Source of the DNA: Schmidtea nova
Lineage: Eukaryota
DNA length: 64,000 bases
Assembly: GCA_044892505.1 (NCBI GenBank)
Contig: CM097883.1
Location: 454,522,001 to 454,586,000, forward strand
Direction of reading: 5' to 3'
Shown: in pieces, positions 35,530-49,600 of the stretch
Numbering within the stretch: the stretch's first letter is position 1
Layout of the letters: the number at the start of each line of letters is the position of its first letter
Translations under genes and position numbers: made by a program
Notes under the pieces: model-generated
Told to the model about the DNA's origin: nothing
Database searches by the model: none
Seen by the model: only the letters and a program-made list of their open reading frames with translations

Positions 35530-36098
35530 TGATTTACTTGTCCTTTATTTTTAATTTCAAAATTTTTCTAAGTTTTTTCTAAGTTTGTTATTTTCAAAAT
35601 TTATAATTATTATTTTCCAAATTTTTCAAAGTTTTTATTATTTTTAGACTGAACCGAAAATATAAGATATTAAAAATTAACTTCCAAATTTTTCAAAGTT
35701 TTTATTATTTTTAGACTGAACCGAAAATATAAGATATTAAAATTAACTTCATTTATAAAAAATTAAAATAAATAATTTAAATAAATTAAGAAAAATAAAT
35801 TAAAATTAATTAAAAGTTAATTATTAAAAATTAATAAATAAATATAAATTAATAAAATATAAATTAAAAATAAAATAAAGACTTCATTTAAACAAAATAA
35901 TAAAATTAAATTGACTTCATTTAAACAAAAAATTTAAATTTAAAAATTCACTTCATTTACATAATAAAAAATTCACTTCATTTAAACAAAATTAAAAATT
36001 TTAAAAAATTTTAGGAGGGGGTAAAAAATTTTTTAGGGGGTTTAAATTTTTTTAGGGTGGGTCTATTTCTGTTCTTGGCTGCTCCCCCTACTATACTG
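35530..36098 (-). mobile_element. DNA-transposon-like end between the two MATH paralogues, with 66-68-bp and CTTCATTTAAAC subterminal repeats
   Basis: Terminal CAGTATAGTAGGGGGAGCAGCC (reverse complement of 36077-36098); tandem duplication 35617-35750; partner end not found. Confidence 0.45.
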
Positions 36099-36300
36099 CC
36101 TTAAATATTATTTTACAAAGAAAAAAGAGTGAATGAATTATTCAATTGAATCAATTTGGTTATATATTGCAAAGGGAGCCCTTATTGGTTGAATGCTGGT
36201 GCAAGAGCTGCTGGATTGTTATTGCCAAATCTATTGGCAATATTGGATGGGAGCTTGCCGCTTCTAATAATATAATTATGAACAGATTTATTGATAATAA

Positions 36301-39072
36301 TCACAATTGGATGTCCACGGAACATTTTATATAGATTTCATCATTAATGGTCAGATCTGGATTGGCGGATAATTCTGATTGGCTTATTATATTAAAGCCA
36401 ATTCCAATATTTCTATCTGTCGGTTGAATAAGTGATTTATTAAATGATTCATTATTTGGATGATCTGCACATTTCACAGTCCCACTGTCATGCGCCAGCC
36501 GCGTGCGCTGATTGACCAATGCAAATGTGACGGAATGCCTGAATGGCCATCCCAATATCCCATCACATGGGCCCTTCATCAAACAGAAGAACACAGATAA
36601 ATGCGTGCCCTTGCCACTGCCACTGCCATCAGGATGCACACGTAAACACATTTTATAACCGTTTCTATGCGTGAGAAATGATTCGCTATAAATGATTGTA
36701 TTGATTCCATTTCTTGCATCTGCCATTTTATCACTGAATTTGTCGAGCTTCCAAATAAATTCTGCACAATTCAGTTGATTTTGATTGGCTGCCATTTCCA
36801 ATAATTTGTTGTCAACAGTTTGCATTGATTTATCGATTTTATTTGACATTTCCGCGTGATCAATTTTATGTTTGTTTTCCATTTGATCGATTTTTATAAT
36901 AAATTCTTTCTGAAATTTTTGTTTTATTTATTTATTAATCAGAAATTTATTTTACTTCTTTATTTTCTCTCATCTGATTCGCATTGTCAAAATTGTTTTC
37001 TGCTTGCTGGCATTTGGTGGCGCATTGGGCAATTTGTTGCTGGAAATTGTTCTCACATGCTTGAATGGCCCGCTGGAATATTACCGCATCAAATAATCAA
37101 TTATTTCATCAATATTTAACCTGGTTGCCTTCGACATCCAATTTCAATCTATTCAATTCATCGCTTATATTCCTATTCACATTCCTCAATGCCGGCATTT
37201 CCTCGTTCAATAATGCGATTTCTCGAGCGTGATCGTCACATTTCCTATGCAAATCTCCAATTTCAATCTTGATAATAATCACAATTGATCAATAAATATC
37301 AATATTGCAATTTATTGACAAACTCGATTCCTTTGCCCATCTGAAATCAATTTATCCATATTTTCTCGTATCGCAACATTTTCAGCATTCAAACAAATTA
37401 TATACGCATTCAACTGGTCAATTTTGGAGGCGCATTGGGCAATTTGTTGCTGGAAATTGTTGAAATTATTATTAAATATGCAATCAAATAAATATTAGAA
37501 ATTATTTATTGACTTTTGCAAGTAAAATGAATATTTTAGCCTTCGTTTTAAGGTTAATTTAATTATTTAATTATTGTTTTATCGTAATATAAAAATAGTA
37601 AAATATAACGGCATTATAATAGAGATTGTTATAGCAAGCTGGATGTAGTTATTCGAAGTTAATGGAAGATAAATAACTAGAAGTGAGCAAAAATGAACCA
37701 CCGAAAGAAACTTAAATAATTATATGAAGTATGAATTCTCGATGAAATTTGGCTCAGAATCTGAACTTATTATGCAGTACATTGTTTGTTTGGATGTTTA
37801 TCAAGAGAGTAGAGCCTATTTTGAGAAGAAATTTATTTTCAGGGCCCGCCGAAAGCAGAATAGGCATAATAGAGCATCTAGTCAGAATATTATGAATTCA
37901 AATAGAAATAGTATGACAGAATAAATTTGGATATACATATGTGAATGCACAATGGAATAAATGGGGACATGGATCTTTGGGACGAAGCATGAACTTATTG
38001 TATTTGATATTCAAGTTTGGTTTTCTATATAAATGTTTTTTTTAACTTTGCAATTTGTTACAATCATTTCAATTAATCAATATTTCACCTGGTTGCCCTC
38101 GACATCCAATTTCAATCCATCCAATCCATCGCTCATATTCTTATCCGCATTCCTCAATGCCAGCATGTCCTCGTTCATTAATGCGATTTCTAGAGCGTGA
38201 TCGTCACATTTCCTCTGCAAATCTCCAATTTCAATCTTGATAATAATCGCAATTGATCAATAAATATCAATATTGCAATTTATTGACAAACTCGATTCCT
38301 TTGCCCATCTGAAATCAATTTATCCATATTTTTTCTTATTGCAACATTTTCAGCATTCAAAGAAATTATATCCGCATTCAACTGGTCAATTTTTACGGTT
38401 TTCTCATCAGATTGGCACTGCAAATCAGAAATTTCCTCCTGAATTCTCATCATTTATCCACATCAAATCAAATATTGCATTTACTCGTCTTCTCTCGCCA
38501 TCCAATTTCAATTTATTGATCTCAGTTTGCAATAAATTATTATTGGCTTTCACTATGTCCATCTCATTATTGAAATTGCCAATGAAGTCCATCAATAATT
38601 TTGTGTGCGTCAATATTTCAGATTGCAAATGATCCGCAACATTATCCTGAGATATATTGCATGCGTCACATCCGATATTCGAATACGGACATGCAACTGA
38701 TCGGTATTTGCACATCCGTGAATGTTCTTCTATTTTTCTGATTTCATCAACAAACTCACAATTGCCATTCAGGCATTTCACTTTTAACTTTGATATTTTG
38801 CTATTAATTACGTGATCCACTGCAATATTTTCATCCAAACTGAGCCTTTCCAGTTGACATTCGTCTGTGTTACCAGGACAAATTTTATTCTCGCCACCTA
38901 GAAAGCCTGAAATGCAAGTGAAACAAAACCTGCAACCGCACGGAACAGAGCGAGCATTGATCAATAATTTTTTACACAATAAGCATAACATATCATGCTC
39001 AATTTTTGACACAAATTCATAATTATTATTTGTCAATATTTGCCAAACATTTTCTAATTTTGAACCAGACAT
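36301..39072 (-). CDS. TRAF: Full-length TRAF-family protein, about 626 aa: RING, zinc finger, long coiled coil, MATH. Exons 39072-38485, 38438-38292, 38235-38089, 37449-37324, 37267-37121, 37072-36956, 36909-36301
   Basis: Manual splicing: all six introns are GT-AG and phase 0 (46, 56, 639, 56, 48, 46 nt) and the frame is open throughout. The C-terminus has MATH motifs FIWKL, GYKMCLRV, HLSVFF, WPF. Confidence 0.88.
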
Positions 39073-42000
39073 TTATCAGAAATATAATAATGGTAAAAAT
39101 TTTTAAATCTTAAGATCCGTATTTTAAACAACAAAATATATATTTTATTAGACTAATATTATTAAGGTCAAACTTGATTAAATCATATTATTTAAACAAA
39201 GACAAAAAAGTTCAATTTAATTAAAAGTTGTCACAAGCGATGAGATTGGACAATAATTAAATGGTACTTTGTTTGCAAATTCTGTGATTTGGTATAGAAT
39301 CCAAAAATCTTTTAGAGTAAAAATGCGGGGAAATGTATTGTTTACAGCGAAATGAGTTTATATGTTATTGGGATCCATAGGAACAACATAATATCGAGTA
39401 AACCTTTGCATGATCTCAGTCGATTTTCTTTTATTTAGTCTGCCATAAAATATATACGTTCTTCCACTAAGTAGACATATTCACGAGTGTAAGTCAAACA
39501 TTTTGGTAATGGTGGGTTGTCCGTGGATATTTAATTTTGAATTTACATGTCAACGAATGATGTTAGAAGTCATCAGATGAGATTTCCTCAATTTCTCATT
39601 CGTTAATCAACAAGATATGTACCCGTAAATGTGTGACTGGTCACGTTCACATTGGTACTGTAAATATGTAGTCAATAGGCTACTTCGGCAGTGATCACGC
39701 TTATTGCACTTTTAGGTCTTACGCTCATAACTACTCTTAAAGTCCTTTTAAATTTATCAACTCTTAACTTTTTATGGCATCGCTGTGTTCAATCTAACAT
39801 ATACACCTATTTATTCACCAATTTTATCTTATTAACACCCGTCTATTCCTCCTGGTCTCTATTCCACTAAAATTCCCTTTTTTAGTCGGGTGGTTCTTAT
39901 AATTATGTTCCTGACCTGTATGCACAATTGACTACAATTGACAAACACAAATTTGTCTAGCGATCTAGGGTCTTCCAAATCTTTTGGAACCCACAGCTGA
40001 ATAACCGCAGAGTTCCGCAAAAAAACAAAATCTCTCCCTTTAATAAACTGTGCAATTGTTGGAAAGACGCAGTTCTCCTCTGGTCTTCTACCCATTGAGA
40101 ACTTGCGGCCGGAGTGTCAACAGAGCTCTAAGTTGTTTTGAGACAATGTAATTTAGACTGTTGCTTACTTTTTAAAATAATATACTGCATCTTGCCATTG
40201 AGCAGCATGCCAAAATATTCCTAGATATTATTGGGCCCGGCGAATCGCAAAACAATCTTAAAAGGTATAAATTAAAACAAAAAAATGAAAAACAAACAAT
40301 CAGCAAGCACGGAAAACCTGAAAGAAACAGCATAACAATACAAATAATAATAATAACATAGAACTTACCGCTAGACCGAGATGAGAGAACTGTGTGATGA
40401 GTAACAAACCAACCAAGCGAAAATAAGACCTATCAAAATGTCATCAGATAAAATAAGCACAATAAACAATAATTACCAGTGATCAATTGAGAACCACCGA
40501 AGCCTGAAATAGAAAGAATGATGAATAGTAAAAATTACAATAAAATAACCAGAGCGAGAACGACATTATGAACGGAACAAATGCGGAGGTGGACCGCTCG
40601 GACAAGATGTAGAAAATAAATATAAAATAAAAATCACTGGAGCATAAATAAAAGAATAAACATCAAACTCACCGGTCTAATAGAGAAAAACACAACAATC
40701 AAAATAAATGGATAGAAAAATAGACAACCGTGCTAAATTCTGATTGGCTGACAGGCAGCACAAATTAGTATAAATACTGAAGCAAAATCATTAGAAGTCA
40801 GTCATTTTTGCTGCGGTCATTTTTGCAGTCACATTTTACCAAGTGAACTATCTTACTAGTGTGAATTGGAAACTATTGAAATTGAAGAATTGTAACTGTG
40901 CAACTAATAAAAGGTATGTTCCATCTTGTTGTTTGTTATTAATTAAACCCTCTTGAACTTAAATTCTATAAGGTTTTGTCCTGAAGATCTAACGATCTGA
41001 CGGGATTCTCGGCCTCTCGGCACAACATATTTTCATATGAGGTGCTGATGCGGCGAGACCATAGGTGTTATAAATAATTGGGAAGGGTAAGGGTGCACAT
41101 AGCTCGTTCATATCACTAACCAGCCGAGGAATTAAGTCAGATAATCAATAATAGTCGGAGCCAATATCAGTCTAGTTCAGCGTAAGCAACCTGACAATAT
41201 AATTCATATGTAAGGGAAGGAGAACGTTAACAACTTGAGATGATGAACCTAATAACCAGGGAGTCAAGTTCCAGTTTCAGTCACATAAGACTAAGTCCCA
41301 CAACCCAACCCAGTATATAAATCCATCTAATCGACTCGAATGTCTATAAATTGAGTATGAGTGAAAAGTTGCTTGATGCAGTAAAAAATTCAATGTGTGA
41401 TGATGAAGACCAACAATGCGTATGAGAATGAAATTCAATAAAACATAAATATTGTGATCAACCCACAATAATAGTCTACAGTCAACATCTAAATCTGTGT
41501 AGTAGTGTCAGCAACTTTAGTATGAAAACCAACCGCAACATCAGCGGGTAGGCAGGCCTATATATTGACCACTGATCAAGCAATGAATTATCTCGTGATT
41601 AAATTTTATAGAAACAGGAATGCATGGAATCAACCAGGTAATTAATTTGCTTATGCTCTAGGTGTGATGAAGGAATGCTGCTAGATTAGATTGACCTGAT
41701 GAAAGGATGCATGTTCAGGAGATATATCTGAATGATGATTGAAATACTCACGAATCTATATATCCATCTTTAGAAAATGATTTGCCGAAGGACGCGACGA
41801 CAAGGCCATCCCGATCAGCGTTGACAAGCCATAGAATCCGCACTTATCCCTGGTGCCATAAAACAGTCGGCAGAACGACGTCTAAGAGCATGGATACGCG
41901 ACACGTCGATCCCGCCACCCGAATGGCCATCCAGTCCTTCCAATGGCGAGTACGTTGGGAAAGCGACCCGGAATGGTTGACACCAGCAGACAGGCCGAAG

Positions 42001-42564
42001 CGAGAAAAACTCCGATGGTTCTTATAACTCGAAGATGCAGAACAACAACCCAAATGGATAATTAGCGATCCATCCGTACGAGGATCGGATTTCTATCGTC
42101 TCAGATACCTCCTCTCGGATCAGCCCAGAAGTAGAACAACCAGAGAGAGCCTTACCTACATGCTCCCGGAAATGTAGATATGAACCTCAAAAAATATGAA
42201 CCCCTGTCCCGAAATATACCTGCCGGATGAAACCGGACGGGCGGATAGGCAACTCGATCAAGATCTCCTGGAATTTTTGTAATGACTCCGAGCAGAACAT
42301 TTGGAAGTTGCGTCGTGATCTATGTTTTGTTTAATAAATATCTAAACCCCTCTGTTATTTGAATCTGTCTGTGATGTGTGTATCGAGCGGTGAAAGTGTG
42401 AATGACGTAGGAATGATGAGAGAAATGTACTAGGTGGAGTATACGAGAGAAGGGTGAAGCCACAGACGGCAAGAACCACAACCATGTAAGGTCCCAAGGG
42501 ATAAGGGGGAAATACAGGCCCGTAACAACCCCAATTCAGACGAAAATTAACCCTTTCCTTTTAG

Positions 42565-43122
42565 ATGAACCATACTAATCCTCGCGACTACAGGAGAGAG
42601 GCCAAGGAATATAAAGCTCGCGCTAAAGTCCTAGAGAGCAGATTACGTCAATTGAACGACGAACATCAGCGTATCAAAACCACCTGGTTTAACTCGGAAC
42701 GAGTAAGGTCGATCTTACAGGCACGGCATAGAGCAGAGCGAATCGCCGAGGAGCAAACGAGGGAGACAGCAGCGGTGAGGCTGGAGTTACACAATTACCT
42801 GAAAGCCTCCACCCAGGAATTCATCTCCCAACAACTACGCCCACTTATCAGAGCGAGTACGTTTAATCGCTGGGTAGATACGATATCTACGGCGACAAGT
42901 ACTCAGACGGAGATGGAACCTAGTTCTACGACAACCTCTCCAGAGATGGTGAAACCAGTGGAAGGTTCAAAGAGGACAAAGCGCAGAAATCGCTTAGGGG
43001 CGAAAAGACGACGGGAGCGCAGGGCGTACGCCGAAAGACTTGGTATTGAAGTGGATCTATTAAGCGGGCTGACCGAGGGACAGTTGTTGGATGTTATTAA
43101 TCCCTCTGTGATATTGAATTAA
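42565..43122 (+). CDS. Orphan 185-aa protein, duplicated copy
   Basis: Identical translation to 4755-5312. Confidence 0.6.
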   Translation: MNHTNPRDYRREAKEYKARAKVLESRLRQLNDEHQRIKTTWFNSERVRSILQARHRAERIAEEQTRETAAVRLELHNYLKASTQEFISQQLRPLIRASTFNRWVDTISTATSTQTEMEPSSTTTSPEMVKPVEGSKRTKRRNRLGAKRRRERRAYAERLGIEVDLLSGLTEGQLLDVINPSVILN

Positions 43123-43247
43123 TAATAAATGTATGTTAGTTCATGGACTTGATTTGATTGATTGAGGAATGCATGTGGAAATATGTAAAGCCAATCAACA
43201 CGAAACCGATTCATTTTACGCTAGAGGTACCCCGAAATTGAACTTAT

Positions 43248-43475
43248 CTTAGAGTAACTAAAGCGAGCGTAGAAAGCAGGGACCGAAAGAAATCCACATA
43301 AACCTTCTATCGGTAGTGGTGGACCCGTGAATAAACAAGGGAATAGTAGCCGCAAGGTTGCTCACCTGCCTTGTCATTTCACAACGTTGACACGGTACCA
43401 ACATGATGAGTAGTTAGGGATACATCATGGGTGTCAGCGGGGGAGATATTTTTATGTTGGCGAGATCACTCTAAC
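43248..43475 (+). ncRNA. Structured RNA motif variant A, duplicated copy
   Basis: Copy of 5438-5665. Confidence 0.6.
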
Positions 43476-46475
43476 ATATAAAATCAAATTCGATCTCAGT
43501 TGAACAACTAACCAACACACCAGCAATATGATGTTTGTGACCATTGCAGTTGGTGTCGTTCTTTCAGGTGCTCTTCTGTGTTTTATTCTAAGACTTATAT
43601 TGAAAATAATTTTATTCGGTGAAAAATCTTCTTCGAGGTTTCAAACATTTTCTACATAAAATCTTCTCGTTGCAATAATATTTTCTTTGTGGAATTTGCT
43701 TTATCAGCTTCAATGATTAATGAAGATCTTGAAGGCACTCGTGAATAGATTAGATATGTTAATGCCAAAGTTAAAGTTATTCGATACAGCTGCTCCAATG
43801 CGTATTAACGAGAGGGTACAATCGTTGTCTACAAGATTTCTTATTTCCTTTACTGTGCCTTGATTCACCTCTTGGAATAGCAACAGTTCTTCCGGTCTTT
43901 TTAAAGGTATCAATGGTGCTATATATGGTGCTATTTTGTAAACTTTCATATGCAGCTATTGACGCTACAGATTGTCTAGTGTTATAAGCTTGAATAATCC
44001 GCGATCTACGCCTTGCATCAAATTTATCATAGGATTGCCTTCTGTTTCTCGCTGTTAGTATTTAAATAGACGTGTTTTCCTACTGATTTATTATATCATT
44101 TCCCGTATGGTTAGCAAGGTTTGTTTGACTAATATAAATTAGAAAATTGGATTTTTCATGGTTATCAAGTGATAAAAAACAAAATGTTTCTTGCCCTGAA
44201 ATCATAACGATGGGGTAGGATGCTTCACACAACTCTGGAATTTTACCAAATAAATTGTGAATAGAGGTTTTCATATTAATTAAATTATTTTACAGGTGAA
44301 TTTTTTTTCTATGAAATCATATTTAAAATAATAATACGGGAAAATGTATTCTGAAGTTAATTATCATGGTAGAAATGTACCACATATTTCCCCCGGAGGT
44401 AAATCCTAGGGTCTATTAAATTTCTCATCATTAGCAATTGTTCCTTGGATACTTTTTCCATATAAATCATCTTTGTTACCAACAACGTAATTCGGTCCCA
44501 TAATTCTGACTTTTCTTTCAGCTCCTACCTTGTCTGCAATCGGTACCATTTTGCTGATGTATATCACTAAATTTCCATTGGAATCACAATTTTTCATTGA
44601 AATTGCAACTGCAGTAAGCCATTTTCGTACGCTACATTTCAGTAACGGTTTTCTTCACTATTTAACTTTAAGCTCATTTTCGTTGCCAATCCAACATAAT
44701 ATTCCATTAATTTGCTCATTACTTTGTTATGAGCCGAACGCGTCAATCAGTCAACGAGATATCAATGATATACCGACGCTCGGTTATATTCGTGTTAGTT
44801 CGGTCCATCTTGTTTCTTTCTCTGAAACTGTGTCTGTACCTTTCTAAGAAATATTCATACCCGCCTTTTGAGTTTAGTGGTTTCAATACTTTCTTTTAGT
44901 GTATTTATAGACAATTGAAAATTATTGTTCTGGAGAAAGGTCATTTTCAAGGCTTAAAAATATCAAAAATGAATTAAGAAGCACAATGACCCAGACGAGT
45001 TTGTCTTCATTGAGTATTTTGTGCATCGAAAATGAGACCTTCAGAAAAATTAATTTTGATGATCTTATAGAAGAATTCTGTGCAAAAAAAATTTAGAAAA
45101 AAATTCTTTTAATTTACTACTTCATTCGTCCTTAGCGTTTTATTATATTAGATTTTGTTTCCTTGTAATTGTTATGTGTTGTGTTGATTATTATTATTAT
45201 TATTGTTATATGATTAGTTATTGTTTTGGTTCTGAGAATAAATGTCTAAATAAATATTCTCAACTTTTTTTGTATTATCTTTGCCACATTGTACTAATCC
45301 TAACATATTTCATTAAACGTATATCACAGTATTAATGTATTTTATTATCTGTCATGTAATATACAAACTGAAAAATAGGAGGTGAAAGGGCCTCATAAGT
45401 GTAATAGCCTAGGGCCTCTCTTCAGCTAAATCCGGCCCTCTTTGTAAACATGATATTTTCCAAAATCATGTATTGTAATGATGGTGGTTGAAGCATGACG
45501 GAGTCGATTGTATGATATTTTAGAGCGTGTTATATTTTAGCTGGATTTTGGGGTGTTGAATAAATAAAAAGATCAACAGGTAACTAATTAATTTATGAGA
45601 ATTGATACACATCGCTGATTATCTAATATGAATTTAAAAATGTATAAGAAAATGTATAAAATAGCAACAGAAAAATATTTTGGCTAATACGTGCATGCAG
45701 TCTCGACACGAGCTTACACGTATTGTCCTAGCGACTGGTGTTGGGGGTCGGTAAGATGATAGAAACCGAGAGGAAAGCCGCTGCATACACCAATAGTTTT
45801 GCTAACCGTTGTATAGCAACCCCGCATCAGTAGTGGACACACAACCACTCAAAAATAGTATATAAAAACCATTGAAAATTCATAATTTTAACACTTTCTG
45901 AAATCAAAATTTGCGGACAGTCGGTTTGAGTGATCCCACCAGCCAACTTTGGTCATTTTATTGGTTTATTCACGGAAACTAAACGTTTACGAGTTTACTC
46001 AAGTACTATTTTTATTTTTATAATGCGTAATTGGAAGTTTTTCTATAAATTGTTCATTGATGTTAATAAATATTTGGTATATCAGTTTTGAATTTGTTTT
46101 GAAATTGGAAGTTTTTCTATAAATTGTAAATTGATTTTAATAAATATTTGAAATATTAGTCTTGAGTTAATTTTTGATTTAGTAATCCCCGATTTAAATT
46201 TGGCTCATAAAGTAAATAGACGCATCTCTGTGGTGAAAATCGTGAAGGTGATTCCGTACGAGTGGCGCTGTTTATGGGACCCCGGTATGGTGAGTACATA
46301 ATAAAATTACTGACACTTAAATCAGGGGGATGGGAATCAGCAAATTACAGACACAAGTGTAAGGTAAACATGAGGCAGTTAACAGAGGTTAAATAGATAA
46401 TTTTAAGGATGAATAAGTGAAAATCGAAGATAGAATCAAGTAATAGAAAGTTAAGATTTAATCATGTGATAGGAG

Positions 46476-46687
46476 CTTAGAGTAAGCAGATGCGTAAGTC
46501 CTTCCATCGGCAGCAGAAACCCGAAAGAGAGAATATAGTGAGTAGTTTCGGCAACGGAGCTCATCTGCTCACTAGATTCTCACCACCGCGTATAGTACCA
46601 ACATAGTTAATTAGGGAATAACTATGGGTACACGAGTGAGGTAGCGTAATATTTATGAGGGGCAATGGGTTATATTAATCCCTAGTT
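46476..46687 (+). ncRNA. Structured RNA motif variant B, duplicated copy
   Basis: Copy of 8666-8877. Confidence 0.6.
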
Positions 46688-49600
46688 TCAATAATAATTT
46701 TTACAACAACACCCATACAACCCAGCATTACTGTTTTATTTCAGTCATTAGATATATATTTTTTTTATTTAATTTATTAATAGTATCATCTGATAATAAA
46801 TTTCATCAATAAAAATTGCAACCCGATCGGCGATAACTCTGGCCATTATTCAAATAGAGCCCACATGGGGAAAATTCTCAATAGTTAAACCAATATTGAC
46901 TGCCAATTAGTGTGATATTTAAGGAAATAACTGTTTTCTGAAATTTAATAATTTTTTAAAGCAGGTTACTAAAAATTTAGGGTTTATTTTAGAGAAATTG
47001 CAGAATCTTTGAAGATTTCAAAATAAATTTTACACATTATTCTATATGATTTTTCTTCGATTAAAGAAAATCTTTCATTTCGAAACCAGGTCTCAAAAAC
47101 ATGTCTAATCAATCGAAAAGTAAATTAACATTCGATTTTATTTCTAGATTTAAATACACCTGATTGCTATTTGATTGTAAATATTGTTATAATTCCTATT
47201 TATAAGAATGATAATTAAATGCATTCTTGAGTAACATTTGTTAAAATAAATTTTCATTCAAGTGAAATACACGCGAACTAGTATTATAGAAGGTGCTATT
47301 CAACGTTATACATCAGGAGACTTTTCGTTACACTTATCGTTACACTATTCTATATCTTTGAAATATTAATTTGTGTTAATTCAGACTAATTTTTAATTTC
47401 AAGATGAAAATTTATCTATTAAAACATAATAAATTTTCAAATAGAAATTATTTGGTTGTTCTTTAATTTAGTCTAAAATTTTGATGTTATTTACTTATTT
47501 AAGCGTAACGATACATCGGTAGACTTGCAGAAATTTACTCTAATTCGAGTGGATGTTTTCAGGTGCTATACAAACAAATTTTAACTACTTTATCGCAGGG
47601 CATACTTTATAAATAGAAATCTTATACTGGGTTTTTGTTGTTCTCAATGCTTATATTTGACAGGTCAGCAAAAGTTAATTGACTGAAACTGAAGAACTGA
47701 TTATTCAAAAATGTTCTACATTATTTTTTGGGTAAGTACGTATAATTAATTTAATTACTTTTGATATATTCTAATTGTAGATAAACTTTTGCAGAGATCA
47801 GTGGTGAAAAACGCTATGGATAAAATTAACTAAATAAATTATATTGGAAATAATTATCCTTTCATGTGGAAATTAAATTCGCATTTAATTTTACTGAACA
47901 TTGGGTAACTGTATTTTGTTAAATATAATTTATAAATCTAATATTCATAGTTATAAATTTTATTTTTTAGGTTTAAAAAAACTCTTATAATGGAAAGAAA
48001 AAAACGTATTACGGTAACGAATGAAATGCATCAATATGGCTAACTCTGCAAATAAGCCTTCAGTCAAGGACATTGCTTCTGCAGTTGGATTAAGCATCAG
48101 TTCGGTCAGAAATATGCTTAACAAGCAACAAGACGGAATTGGTTTTGTTTCATCTACTCAAAAGAGGAAAAAAACATAGGATAGAAAATATCCTATGTGA
48201 TCCAGAAAACGTCTTGTTTAATGCTCTTGCATGTAATAACGAACTTTTGCAGTCAGAGATGGCTTTCATAGTAGAAGAGAGTACAGATGTGTTTATGTCA
48301 CAACCAACGGTGGTTCGCAAATTAAAAAAAATTAACATAACAAGAAAACGTCTCACTCTTGTGCCGGTGGAGCGTAATTCACCAGACAATTAAGATAAAA
48401 GAACAATTTACGCAGGCAAAATTGTTAGATTAACCCCAGAAAAATTAGTTTTTATGGATGAATCTGAATTCAACAATCATTGCCGGCGCCGTTATGTTAA
48501 TGAGAGTTAATTACTGTACCGGTTAACCGTTATATTAATTAAATCTTGATTTGTGCTATTAACATTAATGGTTTCATTGCGTTCGAGTATAGATCAGGTG
48601 CTTATAATGCAGAGTTACTTACATCTTTTATTGACAGTAAATTGACACCTTACTTCGCTATGCATCCTGATCATACTTTAATTATGGATTGTAGTTGAAG
48701 CCTTGAGTAGGCGTAGGATAAGTAAAGAATACTTACCACCATGGTCCCCTCAACTTAATCCAATTGAGGAATTTTTCAGTATGATTAAATCGAAGTTCAG
48801 AGCCTTGAAAGCATCCAATAATGAAATAACAGTGGAGGAAGCATTATCTGATATTCTATCAGATATATATATGTTGAACAGTGCCTTTAGAAAATAACCT
48901 TTTATTTGAATAAAAAACCGTCAAGATATATTTCTTTATTTTAATAATATAATATTTTAATATTTACTTAAACATTTTTCATATTTTATAAAAATTAAAT
49001 TTAAAACTCTGAATAACCCTAATAATTGAATAATTATTTGTTTCCTTATCATTTAGTTTCACACACCTACATCACATGATTTTAAGGAGGATGATAAAAG
49101 GTACTTTTCTTTTAAAACAATTTTTTATTGGCATCGAGGACGAATAAGTAAAAGGGGTTTTATAATTTATTAAATATAATTTAATAAATCAAATTATTGT
49201 TCTTTAATCTAATTGATCGAGTCCACATTCCAACTCGACACTCCTACTTTCATTCGTACAATTGTAAATTTCGCTTCATATCGGAATAAGATCATTTCCA
49301 TTCTCTCCACTTTCCTTTTTAAAATCATGTCTTTTTGTTCCAGTTCATTTATTTTTCTATCCATCGATTTCATTTTCCTACGCATTTCCTCAATCGTGCT
49401 TCGGCATTCTTTCCAACATTGTGTTGCGTTTTCTGGCTTTTGCATTTCCCGAATTAAAATAATTAAGATTTTCTTATTTACACATTTTGTTACACAAAGC
49501 CCCGACATCCCTCAGCAAATTCGATTTTGCATTTAAAACTTTTATACTGAAGTTTCGATCACACTGAAAGAATAAGGTGGTGGATTATCTACATTTGCTT

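Larger units (their letters stand above)
40270..43560 (+). mobile_element. LTR-like element A, duplicated copy
   Basis: Copy of 2460-5750 (offset 37810). Confidence 0.5.
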
